From positions 300,001 to 332,000 of the forward strand of contig MKSO01000001.1 in NCBI GenBank assembly GCA_001897305.1: a stretch of 32,000 nucleotides of DNA, read 5' to 3'. The stretch comes from Candidatus Saccharimonadota bacterium (GTDB lineage Bacteria; Patescibacteriota; Saccharimonadia; Saccharimonadales; Saccharimonadaceae). Positions 22,248-31,056 of the stretch are shown here, one piece after another; position 1 is the first letter of the stretch; every line of letters starts with the position of its first letter. The translations under genes were made by a program, and so were the position numbers. The notes below the pieces were generated by a model that was given only the letters and a program-made list of their open reading frames with translations, ran no database searches and was not told where the DNA came from.

Positions 22248-24404
22248 CTAATCTTTGTGTTTTTTAGAGGGCCACCATACACGATGACCGATATCGTGAA
22301 CCAGGGCTGGCACAAGCAGTGAACGAACAACAATAGTATCGAGTAATACACCGAATGCGACGACAAAAGCGAGTTGGGCTAAGAACAAAATAGGGATAAC
22401 AGCTAGTGCCGCAAATGTTGCGGCTAACACGATGCCCGCTGATGTAATAACACTTCCGGTTACAACTAGCGCAACAAGCATTCCCTTACGGGTACCTTGT
22501 TTGAGCGATTCTTCGCGAGCGCGGGTCATAAGGAAGATATTGTAGTCAATACCAAGTGCAACCAAGAAAATGAACCCGTACAGAACAACCGATGGATCAG
22601 CGCCTGGAAACCCAAAGATATGATTAAAGACAATTGCCGACAAACCTAGAGTGGCTGCAAATGACAGCAGCGTTGTAATCAGTAGCAGGACTGGCGCGAG
22701 AATTGAGCGCAGCAGTACCATGAGGATAATAGTAATAACAACAAGGACTGCAGGAATAACCACGGCCCGGTCGTGTTCGGCGCTTGTTCGGGTGTCTAGC
22801 TGAACAGCCGAGACCCCACCGATACGAGCAGTTGCGTCTATGCTACCAACTGCGTCACGAAGACGGGTAATCGTCGCCTGGGCGTTATCGGAGTCGGGAG
22901 CGTCATTAAGAGTTGCTTCGATGAGCACCTCACTATTGACGATTTTTGGTGTTGCGGCTGCAAAGGCCGGGCTCGCGGCGGCCGGACCTGTCAGCGGTAG
23001 ACTACCAGATGGAGAATTATTTGCTTTTACCGATACAGAGGCTACCCCACTGTCTTTAGAAACAGCACTACTTACCTCTTTGAGTTTCTCGGCTGAAGCA
23101 ATAATTTGAGCTGGGGTGCCCGAGCCGCTCGGGAAGTGCTCGTCAATGAGCTTTTGTCCATCGCGAGCGTTTGAGGTACCTAAAACGAAGTCGCTTTGCG
23201 GTACGCCATTAGCCTTAAGTTGTAGCAAACCTACCGCCATGACGAGCAATACGACGGTTGAACCTACCCAAATAAAGCGCGCTCGTCGGGATACAAAGTG
23301 TGCAACCTTGGGCCACAGGCCAACTTTCGGGATGTCGCTATGTACCTGCTTTGTAAAGCGTGGCATGCGTGGCCAAAACACTTTCCTCCCCCACATAAGC
23401 AGCAGGCTTGGTAGTAGTGTCAGCGAAGCGATAATGGCAAGTGCGATGCCGATTGCGCCAACTGGACCCAGCGCTTTGTTTGAAGTCAGGTCGGAAAGAA
23501 GTAAACAAAGCAACCCGGCAATGACCGTGCCACCAGCTGCTAAAATAGGTTCCAGTGAACGCTTCCAACTGGCAATAAGGGCTTGGTATGGTTTGTCGTG
23601 GCGGGTGAGCTCTTCGCGGTAGCGAGCAATAAAAAGCAGCGCATAATCGGTCGCCGCTCCGATAACGAGAATAAACAGAATGCCCTGTACTTGTCCATTA
23701 AGGGTTATGATGCCGGCTTTTGCCAAGTAGAACACCAGAAGAATGGCGGCACAGAGGGCAAATAACGAGTTGAAGAGCACTAAGAATGGCAAGACTGGTG
23801 ATCGGTAGACGATAATGAGGATAATAAACACTACTGCCAAGGCAACGCCAAGTAAAATGCCATCGATGCCGCTAAAGGCTGCTCCTAGGTCGCGTAAGAA
23901 GCCAACTGGCCCGGCTACTTTGTAGTCGATTGGCAGCTTGGCAGCGTTTAACTTTTCTTCGATGGCCGGAACAAATTCTTTGTAATCGGCGGTACTGGCC
24001 ATATTTACCACAACCAATGCAGCTTTGCCATCCTCTGATACTACGGGTGGCGAAATAGGCGCGACTGCCCCTTCGATTTTTTCTAGTGGTGCAGTTGCGC
24101 TGCGGATGGTTGCCAGCGTGTCGTTACTAAGTTGGGTGTCTGAGGCAAATACAATAATTGCTGGTATCGTTTTGTTGTCTTGAAACTTCTCGACTTCATT
24201 GGAAACTTGGGTTGATTCGGCGCTGGCTGGCAAGAATGTTGACTGATCGTTGCTAGCCACTTCGCTGATTTTGCCAAAATACGGGCCACCAATACCAGCA
24301 ATAGCAAACCACACCACTATTAAGAAGCTGGGAATAAGGACGCGGATATATTTTGGAAGAGACTTTTTGCTGGATGATTGTTTCATGGTGTCAGTATAAC
24401 GCAA
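22248..24404 (-). CDS. MMPL-family (RND superfamily) membrane transporter
   Basis: The 718-aa protein has two blocks of about 6 TM helices, each preceded by a soluble loop. The segment ATDYALLFIARYREE is typical of MMPL proteins. The listed start is TTG; an in-frame ATG lies at 24386. Confidence 0.8.
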   Translation of the reverse strand: MRYTDTMKQSSSKKSLPKYIRVLIPSFLIVVWFAIAGIGGPYFGKISEVASNDQSTFLPASAESTQVSNEVEKFQDNKTIPAIIVFASDTQLSNDTLATIRSATAPLEKIEGAVAPISPPVVSEDGKAALVVVNMASTADYKEFVPAIEEKLNAAKLPIDYKVAGPVGFLRDLGAAFSGIDGILLGVALAVVFIILIIVYRSPVLPFLVLFNSLFALCAAILLVFYLAKAGIITLNGQVQGILFILVIGAATDYALLFIARYREELTRHDKPYQALIASWKRSLEPILAAGGTVIAGLLCLLLSDLTSNKALGPVGAIGIALAIIASLTLLPSLLLMWGRKVFWPRMPRFTKQVHSDIPKVGLWPKVAHFVSRRARFIWVGSTVVLLVMAVGLLQLKANGVPQSDFVLGTSNARDGQKLIDEHFPSGSGTPAQIIASAEKLKEVSSAVSKDSGVASVSVKANNSPSGSLPLTGPAAASPAFAAATPKIVNSEVLIEATLNDAPDSDNAQATITRLRDAVGSIDATARIGGVSAVQLDTRTSAEHDRAVVIPAVLVVITIILMVLLRSILAPVLLLITTLLSFAATLGLSAIVFNHIFGFPGADPSVVLYGFIFLVALGIDYNIFLMTRAREESLKQGTRKGMLVALVVTGSVITSAGIVLAATFAALAVIPILFLAQLAFVVAFGVLLDTIVVRSLLVPALVHDIGHRVWWPSKKHKD

Positions 24405-24416
24405 TTCATCATCACC

Positions 24417-24772
24417 TTAAATGTGAAGGTATTTACTCACCTGCTTAACAAGCTCTATGAGCTTTTCTTTTTGTACAGACTCGCCTTCACGCAGGTCGAT
24501 CGCTCGAGATTTCTTCGACTCAAGCCCATTGTTGAATAACTTATTTGTATCGCTGAGTACTGCGCCATTATATATAAAGTTAAACTTTGTATGCTTTTGA
24601 AAGGCCGACATAGCGAAGAGAATTTTCTTGTTCTCAATAAAGGTCGGCACGCCCCATTTTATTTCTTCGGTTATATTTGGAAAGACTTCGTGAATGACGC
24701 CGCGGAATAACTGGAGGTTATCTTGTTGCCAGCTTGGAAGCGTTTCTAGGTATTCATCAGTGGTAGTTGCAT
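24417..24772 (-). pseudogene. DUF1801 (YdhG-like) protein gene with an apparent frameshift just after its start codon
   Basis: The domain frame is open from 24784 to 24417 (..TTTDEYLETLPSWQQDNLQLFRGVIHEVFPNITEEIKWGVPTFIENKK..). It has no ATG, GTG or TTG before the GTG at 24650. The ATGs at 24781 and 24772 are in a different frame that stops at TAG after 11 and 8 codons. Confidence 0.45.
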
Positions 24773-24857
24773 AACGGTCATTGTATTACCTGTATGCTCC
24801 TATTTATATACCCTGAGTGTATGCCATTAGGTGCGAAAAAGAAACGAGCAAGATATG

Positions 24858-25352
24858 CTATTTGTGTGAGTATTCGTGCGTTAAGGCATGCCCCTTGCCC
24901 CTTTTCAGGAGGTAGATATTAACCGGGAATGCAACAATAAATGCAGCTACTAATGACACAATGCGACTTAGCCAATAAACTGGATGCGTTAAATCTTTAT
25001 CCATTGCCCCTGGAATAATAACCATCATCAGGTTGTCCATAATAGTCATTGTGAGGATCGACAAAGTATCAGCGGCAAAGACTAGCCGAAACGCTTTTTT
25101 GAATGGAAGCTTTGCCCTAAGAAGGGGCCAGGTGGAAACGGTATAGCCCGATATAAAGGAAAGAATGGCTGCGAGTAGTATAGTGTAATGAACTTCAAAG
25201 CCGAAGTGCGTTCCAATGGTTACTCCAATCATTTCTCCGATGGCGCAGCCTATTAGACAGTGCAGGGTGGCACTGGCGGCCATTCTTTTTGAGGCCGTAT
25301 GATTAGTGTGGTGTTCCTGGTGATTGCGTTTGTGATGATGCATCGATTCCAT
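24858..25352 (-). CDS. DUF4396-family membrane protein with a His-rich N-terminus
   Basis: The motif LHCLIGCAIGEMIGV (HCxxGCxxGE) is followed by about 4 TM helices. The N-terminus is MESMHHHKRNHQEHHTNH. Confidence 0.65.
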   Translation of the reverse strand: MESMHHHKRNHQEHHTNHTASKRMAASATLHCLIGCAIGEMIGVTIGTHFGFEVHYTILLAAILSFISGYTVSTWPLLRAKLPFKKAFRLVFAADTLSILTMTIMDNLMMVIIPGAMDKDLTHPVYWLSRIVSLVAAFIVAFPVNIYLLKRGKGHALTHEYSHK

Positions 25353-25357
25353 ATTTA

Positions 25358-26278
25358 CTATGCGGCACCTTCGCCGTTAAGGTTGTGCCCGCCAAACTTA
25401 TTGCGTTGTGCGGCTACTACCTTGGTTGCAAAATTTGTTTCACCTTTTTGTGAAGCAAGGCGGACATCAAAAGCTGCTTGGATTGACGGCAGGGCAATGC
25501 CGAGGTCTTTAGCGGCTTCGAGTGTCCAGCGCGCTTCCCCACTTTCAGCTACGTACCCAGAAATTCCCTCCAGTTCTGGGCTCTTCTGAAATGCGTCACG
25601 ACTTAGTTCGGTGAGCCAGCTGGTTATGACACTGTGGTGTTGCCAAAGGTCGGCTGCTTTGGCGAGGTCAATGTTCTGGTAGGGTCCGTCGTGTAGCATG
25701 CGGAAGCCCTCGCCTAGCGATTCCATCATGCCGTATTCGATGGCGTTGTGTACCATCTTAACGTAGTGCCCGGCACCGCTTGGTCCGAAGTGGGCGTACA
25801 TACCACCAGGTTGTACAAGTGTTTTTAGAACGGGTTCGATTGTCGAAAATGCCGTTGCGTCGTCGCTACCGACCATTAGCGGAAAACCGTTGCTGTATCC
25901 CCAAATACCACCCGAAACGGCGATATCGAGGAATGAAATACCCTTGGCAGTAACTTTTTCGTTGAGCAGCTTAGTGGCGCGAAAGTCCGAATTACCGCCG
26001 TCGATAATAATGTCACCCGGCTTAAGATATTCAAGCCATTCCTCTATTTGCGTTGGCGTGATCTCGTGAGGCAACATGACCCATACTACAACCTGCTCAC
26101 CTCCAAAGGCTGCGATAACTTCTTCTTTAGAGTAAGCAGCCAGGGCTCCATAGCTGGCAGCTTCGTCGATCGGTTCTGCGCTGCGGTTATGTGCAATAAC
26201 AGTATGCTCGCCGCTTTCTGCGAGCTTGCGGGCGATTTGCATGCCCATGCGGCCAAGGCCGTGAATAGCAATTTTCAT
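25358..26278 (-). CDS. gnd: 6-phosphogluconate dehydrogenase, short (about 300 aa) decarboxylating type
   Basis: The NAD(P)-binding N-terminus is MKIAIHGLGRMGMQIARKL. The segments GGNS, SGGIWG and GAGHYVKMVHNAIEYG are typical of the family. AAGGAGGA lies upstream of the ATG. Confidence 0.85.
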   Translation of the reverse strand: MKIAIHGLGRMGMQIARKLAESGEHTVIAHNRSAEPIDEAASYGALAAYSKEEVIAAFGGEQVVVWVMLPHEITPTQIEEWLEYLKPGDIIIDGGNSDFRATKLLNEKVTAKGISFLDIAVSGGIWGYSNGFPLMVGSDDATAFSTIEPVLKTLVQPGGMYAHFGPSGAGHYVKMVHNAIEYGMMESLGEGFRMLHDGPYQNIDLAKAADLWQHHSVITSWLTELSRDAFQKSPELEGISGYVAESGEARWTLEAAKDLGIALPSIQAAFDVRLASQKGETNFATKVVAAQRNKFGGHNLNGEGAA

Positions 26279-26390
26279 GAGTTCCTCCTTTAGTGTCTTA
26301 AGTATAATTTACTATATGAAATATAGCAATTATAAAAATACAGCTTTGAACTCATATGCGAGTTTCGCTTTTCTGACGAAAACCGACCAC

Positions 26391-26417
26391 GAAAAAAGCC
26401 CACCTTGGGGGTGAGCT
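26391..26417 (-). terminator. Rho-independent terminator after tRNA-Glu
   Basis: The minus strand reads AGCTCACCC-CCAA-GGTGGGCT followed by TTTTTT. An outer helix (26386-26395 with 26419-28) can also include the tRNA 3' end. Confidence 0.5.
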
Positions 26418-26424
26418 GTTTTCG

Positions 26425-26499
26425 TGGTGATCCCACCGGGAATCGAACCCGGATTGCCAGGATGAGAACCTGGTGTCCTAACCGTTAGACGATGAGACC
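26425..26499 (-). tRNA. tRNA-Glu (anticodon CUC), CCA encoded
   Basis: The minus strand reads GGTCTCATCGTCTAACGGTTAGGACACCAGGTTCTCATCCTGGCAATCCGGGTTCGATTCCCGGTGGGATCACCA. It folds by hand into a cloverleaf with a 7-bp acceptor stem (2 G-U pairs), a D arm and the anticodon loop TTCTCAT. It also has a 4-nt variable loop and the T arm CCGGG-TTCGATT-CCCGG. Confidence 0.9.
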
Positions 26500-26611
26500 G
26501 TTAAGGTGAGTGAAAAGTAAAGCTTGCTTTAGCTTTTCCGAGCCGCGCGGTCTGCATCTCAAAAGAGATGAGACCAACTCGGTAAATTTTAGCAAAAACA
26601 CCTTGAAATGT

Positions 26612-27283
26612 CTAGCGTGGCAGGCTGATGAGAACTGCTCCAGCTGCTAGTACAAGGGTTAGAGCAATTATGAGTGCTATTTTTATGCTAGCCCCAAGAC
26701 GGTAGGAAGTCCAAATAAATACCAAAGCACCACTTAACAGTGTACTAATGGCGAACAGGCCTATCGAGATACCAAGCAAGTTACCAAATACCCAATTCGA
26801 AAAGAATGGCGCGGTAAAACTGTATAGTATCCAGCCAACTAGTGCTAGTTGAATGAGTAATATAAAAACAAGTGGCAACCCACGAACGGCATGTTTGTAG
26901 AAAATCTTAAATAATGTGCGCCAGCCACGGATACTAATCCAGGCCCAGACAACAGCGGTCAATATTGCCGGGACAATACGTAAGGCTTCAAACGAAATGT
27001 ATTCCGATGCTGTATAAAAAGCCGACAACAAAATAAGCGCGGCAATGAATGGCAATGGGGTCAGTAACCCAATAGCGACAAAGCGAACACGTAAACCTGT
27101 AGTAATAGCGCGTTGCTCGGCGTCACGCTTGGCATACCGTTCTTGTTGAGATAAGAGCGGCATCCCCTTCCATTCAACTTGTTGGTTTGGATAGAGGGTG
27201 GAAAGGTCACTACGGTCCTCTAGCTGTCGGATGGTTCGAAGCGATTCATTGTCGGGGGTGTCGAGGCGATGGTCTCTATCCAT
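26612..27283 (-). CDS. Hypothetical polytopic membrane protein
   Basis: The 223-aa protein has a charged N-terminal ~60 aa followed by about 5 hydrophobic segments. It lies 6 nt downstream of the response-regulator gene and is probably in the same operon. Confidence 0.6.
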   Translation of the reverse strand: MDRDHRLDTPDNESLRTIRQLEDRSDLSTLYPNQQVEWKGMPLLSQQERYAKRDAEQRAITTGLRVRFVAIGLLTPLPFIAALILLSAFYTASEYISFEALRIVPAILTAVVWAWISIRGWRTLFKIFYKHAVRGLPLVFILLIQLALVGWILYSFTAPFFSNWVFGNLLGISIGLFAISTLLSGALVFIWTSYRLGASIKIALIIALTLVLAAGAVLISLPR

Positions 27284-27289
27284 AGCGGT

Positions 27290-27667
27290 TTATTGGCTTA
27301 GCTGTTCAATGACAGCTAGTAGCTTACTGGGGGTAATTTCTGCCTTAATAAGGTAGGCATCGGCGCGGGCTTCCATGGCGCTGCGTGATTCGTCGTCTTG
27401 CTCAAAGTTAGTTAAAATAACGACTTTAGAATGAGGAATGAGGTCTTCGTTGCTACCGCGCAGGGCATCGAGGATTTCACTACCCCGTCGCTCTGGGAGC
27501 ATAACATCAAGCAGGATAAGGTCGTATTGTTTATTGCGGGCAGCGATTAAGCCGTCATTGCCATCGACCATCCAGTCTACGTCGTAGCCGGCTTTTTTAA
27601 GGCTTCGCACATACATTTCACCGATGAAACGATCGTCTTCAACAATTAAGATTGTTTTGAGTGCCAT
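27290..27667 (-). CDS. Stand-alone receiver-domain response regulator (CheY-like)
   Basis: The 125-aa protein has the segments ILIVEDDRFIGEMY, DLILLDVMLPERRGSE and ADAYLIKAE. It has no output domain. Confidence 0.88.
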   Translation of the reverse strand: MALKTILIVEDDRFIGEMYVRSLKKAGYDVDWMVDGNDGLIAARNKQYDLILLDVMLPERRGSEILDALRGSNEDLIPHSKVVILTNFEQDDESRSAMEARADAYLIKAEITPSKLLAVIEQLSQ

Positions 27668-27673
27668 TTTCGA

Positions 27674-29272
27674 CTATCCCCTATACATATTGTGGTTTTT
27701 TATCCAGCCACGGCCGCTGCTAATAATTTGTTCATTTTTATTATCACTCGCTTTGAGTTTGTCTGCAACCATCTTGTATGTAGGAAGGCTGACAATAAAA
27801 GTAGAGCCGTGCCCGTCTTCACTGCGTACGCTAATAGTACCTCCGTGTGATTCTACAATAGCCTTGCTAATGTATAAGCCAATTCCGGTGCCGGCAACGG
27901 TTTCACGGGAACGGTGAGAGCGGTAAAATTTTTGGAATAAATTGCTGACAACATTGGCCGGCATACCAATGCCGTGGTCTTCGACGGCAATTTCTATGGT
28001 GTCGCCTTTTTGCGCGGCGGTAACGTTTATGAGGCCACCTTCGTTGCTGTACTTAATGGCGTTATCAATTAAATTACCTAATACCTCGCCCAGGCTAGCG
28101 GTGTCGGCTGCAATGGTTGGCATATCTTCTGGTATGGAAACGGTTAAAAGACGTTGCTGCGAACTGGCGCGCTGAGACATGTCATCGCTAATAGTGTCGT
28201 ATACTGCTTTAAGTGTTGTTTCTGAAAGGTGCATATTCAGGTGCCGGCGGTCGTAGCGGGAAGTGTTAAGAATATTATTGATATAGCCCGACAAGCGACT
28301 TGCGGATACGGAGAGACGGCGGAATAGTTCGGTTTGGTCATCTTTAAGGGTGTCGGACAGTTCATCCTGTAGTACTTCAATATACCCACGGATGACCGTA
28401 ATAGGCCCTCGCAATTCGTGGGCGGCAAAGGCAATGAAGTCGAGTTCTTCCTCTTCGACACTGTATAGATAGGTACGATCGATGAGTGTTACTACCACTT
28501 CGCTTGAGGCGCCTTTGTCGTATGAGGCGATAATGTCGAAGAAGCGACGATCTTCTTCGTTTGGCAATTTATTGGGAATGCGTGGCCAAATTTTTTCGGC
28601 GTGAACGGCAGATTTCTCGCACTCATCCCACCAGGTAAATAGGTTGTCGTGCTCGTTAAATAGCAGTTCGAGTGTTTTTGTGCCGGCGGTATCAACCCGA
28701 AGAGGTGCGGCTTTATTGGCATATGTTATCACGCGCTCGTTATTAAAAGCAACGAAGCCGGCTGGTGTTTCGTCAAGCGCGGTTTCCAGGGGTGTTCGGT
28801 CGGTTTTGGGGAGTGTGTCACTTGGTTTTGTTTCGCCAACTGGGGTTGGAAGGCGCGTCTCTCTCCCCTCTTCGATGGGGTCTTTAATGTCTGAAGCAAG
28901 TTGGTACACCGTCTGAAGTACTGGCTTTAGGCCACTACGTTCGAAATGGGCTTCGTTAGGATTTGGCGGTGTACTGTTAGTAGGCTCACCAGCGACATGA
29001 ACCAACGCGGCAAGGAGGTATTTAATAGGTTTAGCGACAAAACGATAAATAACGAGTGAGGCGACGATACCCAAAATACTCTGGGCAACAAGAGTGGCTG
29101 TAAAGCCGAGGGGGTTGTCTTTGAAGAAACCGGAACTGCTCAGCAATGCGGCGATGGCGATAAGTATCAAGACCTGCAGTCCAATAATAAGAAAAACCGC
29201 GCCACGTTTAAATCGTGGCCAAAAATCTTTGACCAGCTGCGGCTTATGTGACGATTGCGGTTCTACTGCCAC
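27674..29272 (-). CDS. Sensor histidine kinase
   Basis: There are two N-terminal TM segments. The H-box is FAAHELRGPITVIRGY and the N-box is GNLIDNAIKYS. The G-boxes are DHGIGM and GTGIGLYIS. Confidence 0.9.
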   Translation of the reverse strand: MAVEPQSSHKPQLVKDFWPRFKRGAVFLIIGLQVLILIAIAALLSSSGFFKDNPLGFTATLVAQSILGIVASLVIYRFVAKPIKYLLAALVHVAGEPTNSTPPNPNEAHFERSGLKPVLQTVYQLASDIKDPIEEGRETRLPTPVGETKPSDTLPKTDRTPLETALDETPAGFVAFNNERVITYANKAAPLRVDTAGTKTLELLFNEHDNLFTWWDECEKSAVHAEKIWPRIPNKLPNEEDRRFFDIIASYDKGASSEVVVTLIDRTYLYSVEEEELDFIAFAAHELRGPITVIRGYIEVLQDELSDTLKDDQTELFRRLSVSASRLSGYINNILNTSRYDRRHLNMHLSETTLKAVYDTISDDMSQRASSQQRLLTVSIPEDMPTIAADTASLGEVLGNLIDNAIKYSNEGGLINVTAAQKGDTIEIAVEDHGIGMPANVVSNLFQKFYRSHRSRETVAGTGIGLYISKAIVESHGGTISVRSEDGHGSTFIVSLPTYKMVADKLKASDNKNEQIISSGRGWIKNHNMYRG

Positions 29273-30444
29273 GAAACAGTGCCTCCGTCATTTTCGGGCA
29301 CGGCAGTAATCCAGGTTTGTCCGCGTGCCAACGGTACATCTTTACCCTCTGCGTCGGTAAAGGTGATTTGGTCATTTTTACTCGCTTTATGCCAGGTGAC
29401 TTCTTGGGCGGTGCCGTCTTGGAAGATAACTGCTCCTCCGCTGCCAATGGCGTTAATCGATTCGCGGTAGCCATCTTCAAGAACGGTGGTCTCGGTGACC
29501 TTAAGAACAACAACAACGCGCGGGCTAATTTGGCCATCCTCGCGGTCGAGGTGCGGGGCGCCAGCTTGCGAACGGTTATAGGTGTTCGTGGTGGCATTGT
29601 AGGCGTAATGGCTGTTGTAAAGCGGGCCGCTAATAGTGACGTCTATAGAAGTTGCTGTTGGTGTTTTCGAGGCTGTACTATCCTTACGAGTAAAACCTGT
29701 AAAACGAGAGCTTGTGTACCCCTTGCTACTATTGAGGGCATCGATTTTTTCGAAACTGGTGTATACGTTATGTGGCGCATAGCGATCCGTTGCGCGCCAG
29801 TACGTAGCGGCATTAAAGAATTGGTCGATGTCACGGTAATTGCCATTTCGTACTTCGGCAAGCGCCGCGGCGCTACCGCCAACATGGGCGACACTAGCGT
29901 TAAAAGCAGCTACCCAATCCACGTAATACATACGGACGCTTCGAACCGGGCCAATTAGCTGTGGTTTTTGCTCTTGGTAAAGTACGAGGAAACGAGTAAT
30001 ACCCCCTTCGGCAATAGCTTCGAACACAACGCCGCTGTTTTTAATACCAGATTGCGGACGAGCATCAGGACTGTTCTCGATCATAATACCGGTGACGGCT
30101 TGCTTGGTGGCTGCCTCGTTGTCGACCTGGCTACCGGTTAGCGGTGAATAATATTTAGGAGGTTCGGGGGCAGGTTCTTTTTTTGTTACCACCACCTTCG
30201 CGGTTTCGGCTTTTGGTTTTAAGAAGTAAAATGCCGCTGCGGTGCCAGCTCCAATAAGCAGCACAAGTGTAATCGCCAGTATAATGCTGAGTTTTTTATG
30301 GCGCTTAAACCAGTTGCCTTTAATACGCATGCCTGCTGGTGTATTGACGTTACTGTGTTGAAAGGGTGTGAACGATGATATATCCTCATTTGGAACGCTA
30401 TCATCAATAATGACGCCTTGCTTTTTGCGTTTAAACATAAGCAT
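29263..30444 (-). CDS. DUF3048-family secreted/membrane-anchored protein (YerB-like)
   Basis: An N-terminal TM anchor (LSIILAITLVLLIGAGTAAAFYF) is followed by the segment ARPQSGIKNSGVVFEAIAEGGITRFLVLY, characteristic of DUF3048. Its 3' end overlaps the start of the downstream kinase gene by 10 nt (29263-29272). Confidence 0.7.
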   Translation of the reverse strand: MLMFKRKKQGVIIDDSVPNEDISSFTPFQHSNVNTPAGMRIKGNWFKRHKKLSIILAITLVLLIGAGTAAAFYFLKPKAETAKVVVTKKEPAPEPPKYYSPLTGSQVDNEAATKQAVTGIMIENSPDARPQSGIKNSGVVFEAIAEGGITRFLVLYQEQKPQLIGPVRSVRMYYVDWVAAFNASVAHVGGSAAALAEVRNGNYRDIDQFFNAATYWRATDRYAPHNVYTSFEKIDALNSSKGYTSSRFTGFTRKDSTASKTPTATSIDVTISGPLYNSHYAYNATTNTYNRSQAGAPHLDREDGQISPRVVVVLKVTETTVLEDGYRESINAIGSGGAVIFQDGTAQEVTWHKASKNDQITFTDAEGKDVPLARGQTWITAVPENDGGTVSWQ

Positions 30445-30470
30445 AGTATAGCAGAATGCTTGAGAGGTGC

Positions 30471-31019
30471 CTACGAGAGGTCTGGAGTATGTGCGCTTAT
30501 TTTAGGCTGGTACTTAAGTGTAAGGTAGCGATCAATAATAAAACTTTTATTAAAAAACGACGCTCGTGTCTTTAAGCGCTCTTTTTCTCTGTACAGTTCA
30601 TACGTATCTTCGATGACTCTTTTGGGGTTAAGGCTAATAAATGATGAAAAAAGCGAGTTTTGACGGCCACTGGCCGCCTGTCGAGAAGTAAGTAAACCTA
30701 CCTGTCCAATAATATTCCAAACGAAGAAGTTTACATAGCCATACCAACGAGGCCGATAGTAAGCGGCGATAATTTCAATAATAAGCTCGGTGGCGGTAAT
30801 AATGCCTATAGCGTAGAGTATCCATACAAAGGCGTAAGGTATGGAGTTTGATGTAATAGTGGGCGCGAGCGCTAGATACACACTTATTCCAAACATGATA
30901 GTGGTCGTAAAAATAGTACTCACAATACGAGACGCAAAGATACGTCGGACAGCTTTTTCTAATTGCACGAGATCTTGGGAAAGTTCTGGTAGGTCTGTAG
31001 TCGGACTGTCTTGATACAT
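30471..31019 (-). CDS. Hypothetical membrane protein
   Basis: The 182-aa protein has 3-4 hydrophobic segments. I recognised no family. Confidence 0.5.
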   Translation of the reverse strand: MYQDSPTTDLPELSQDLVQLEKAVRRIFASRIVSTIFTTTIMFGISVYLALAPTITSNSIPYAFVWILYAIGIITATELIIEIIAAYYRPRWYGYVNFFVWNIIGQVGLLTSRQAASGRQNSLFSSFISLNPKRVIEDTYELYREKERLKTRASFFNKSFIIDRYLTLKYQPKISAHTPDLS

Positions 31020-31056
31020 GACCCTACTTTAAATCATGGTCGGTATCATTGACAAG

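Noticed and set aside
26549-26575. The hairpin ggtctgcatctc-aaaa-gagatgagacc, whose minus-strand arm (GGTCTCATC) repeats the first 9 nt of tRNA-Glu, as a possible att-site remnant
   Set aside because: A 9-nt identity is within chance expectation. No integrase or foreign DNA lies adjacent. It is more simply a terminator-like hairpin after the 223-aa membrane-protein gene.
29248-29958. A 236-aa plus-strand ORF
   Set aside because: It is fully antisense to the well-supported DUF3048 gene, has no RBS and has an implausible composition. The same reasoning applies to the other long antisense ORFs in the track (e.g. 7800..8399, 6041..6517, 10676..11128, 17122..17568, 23116..23622).
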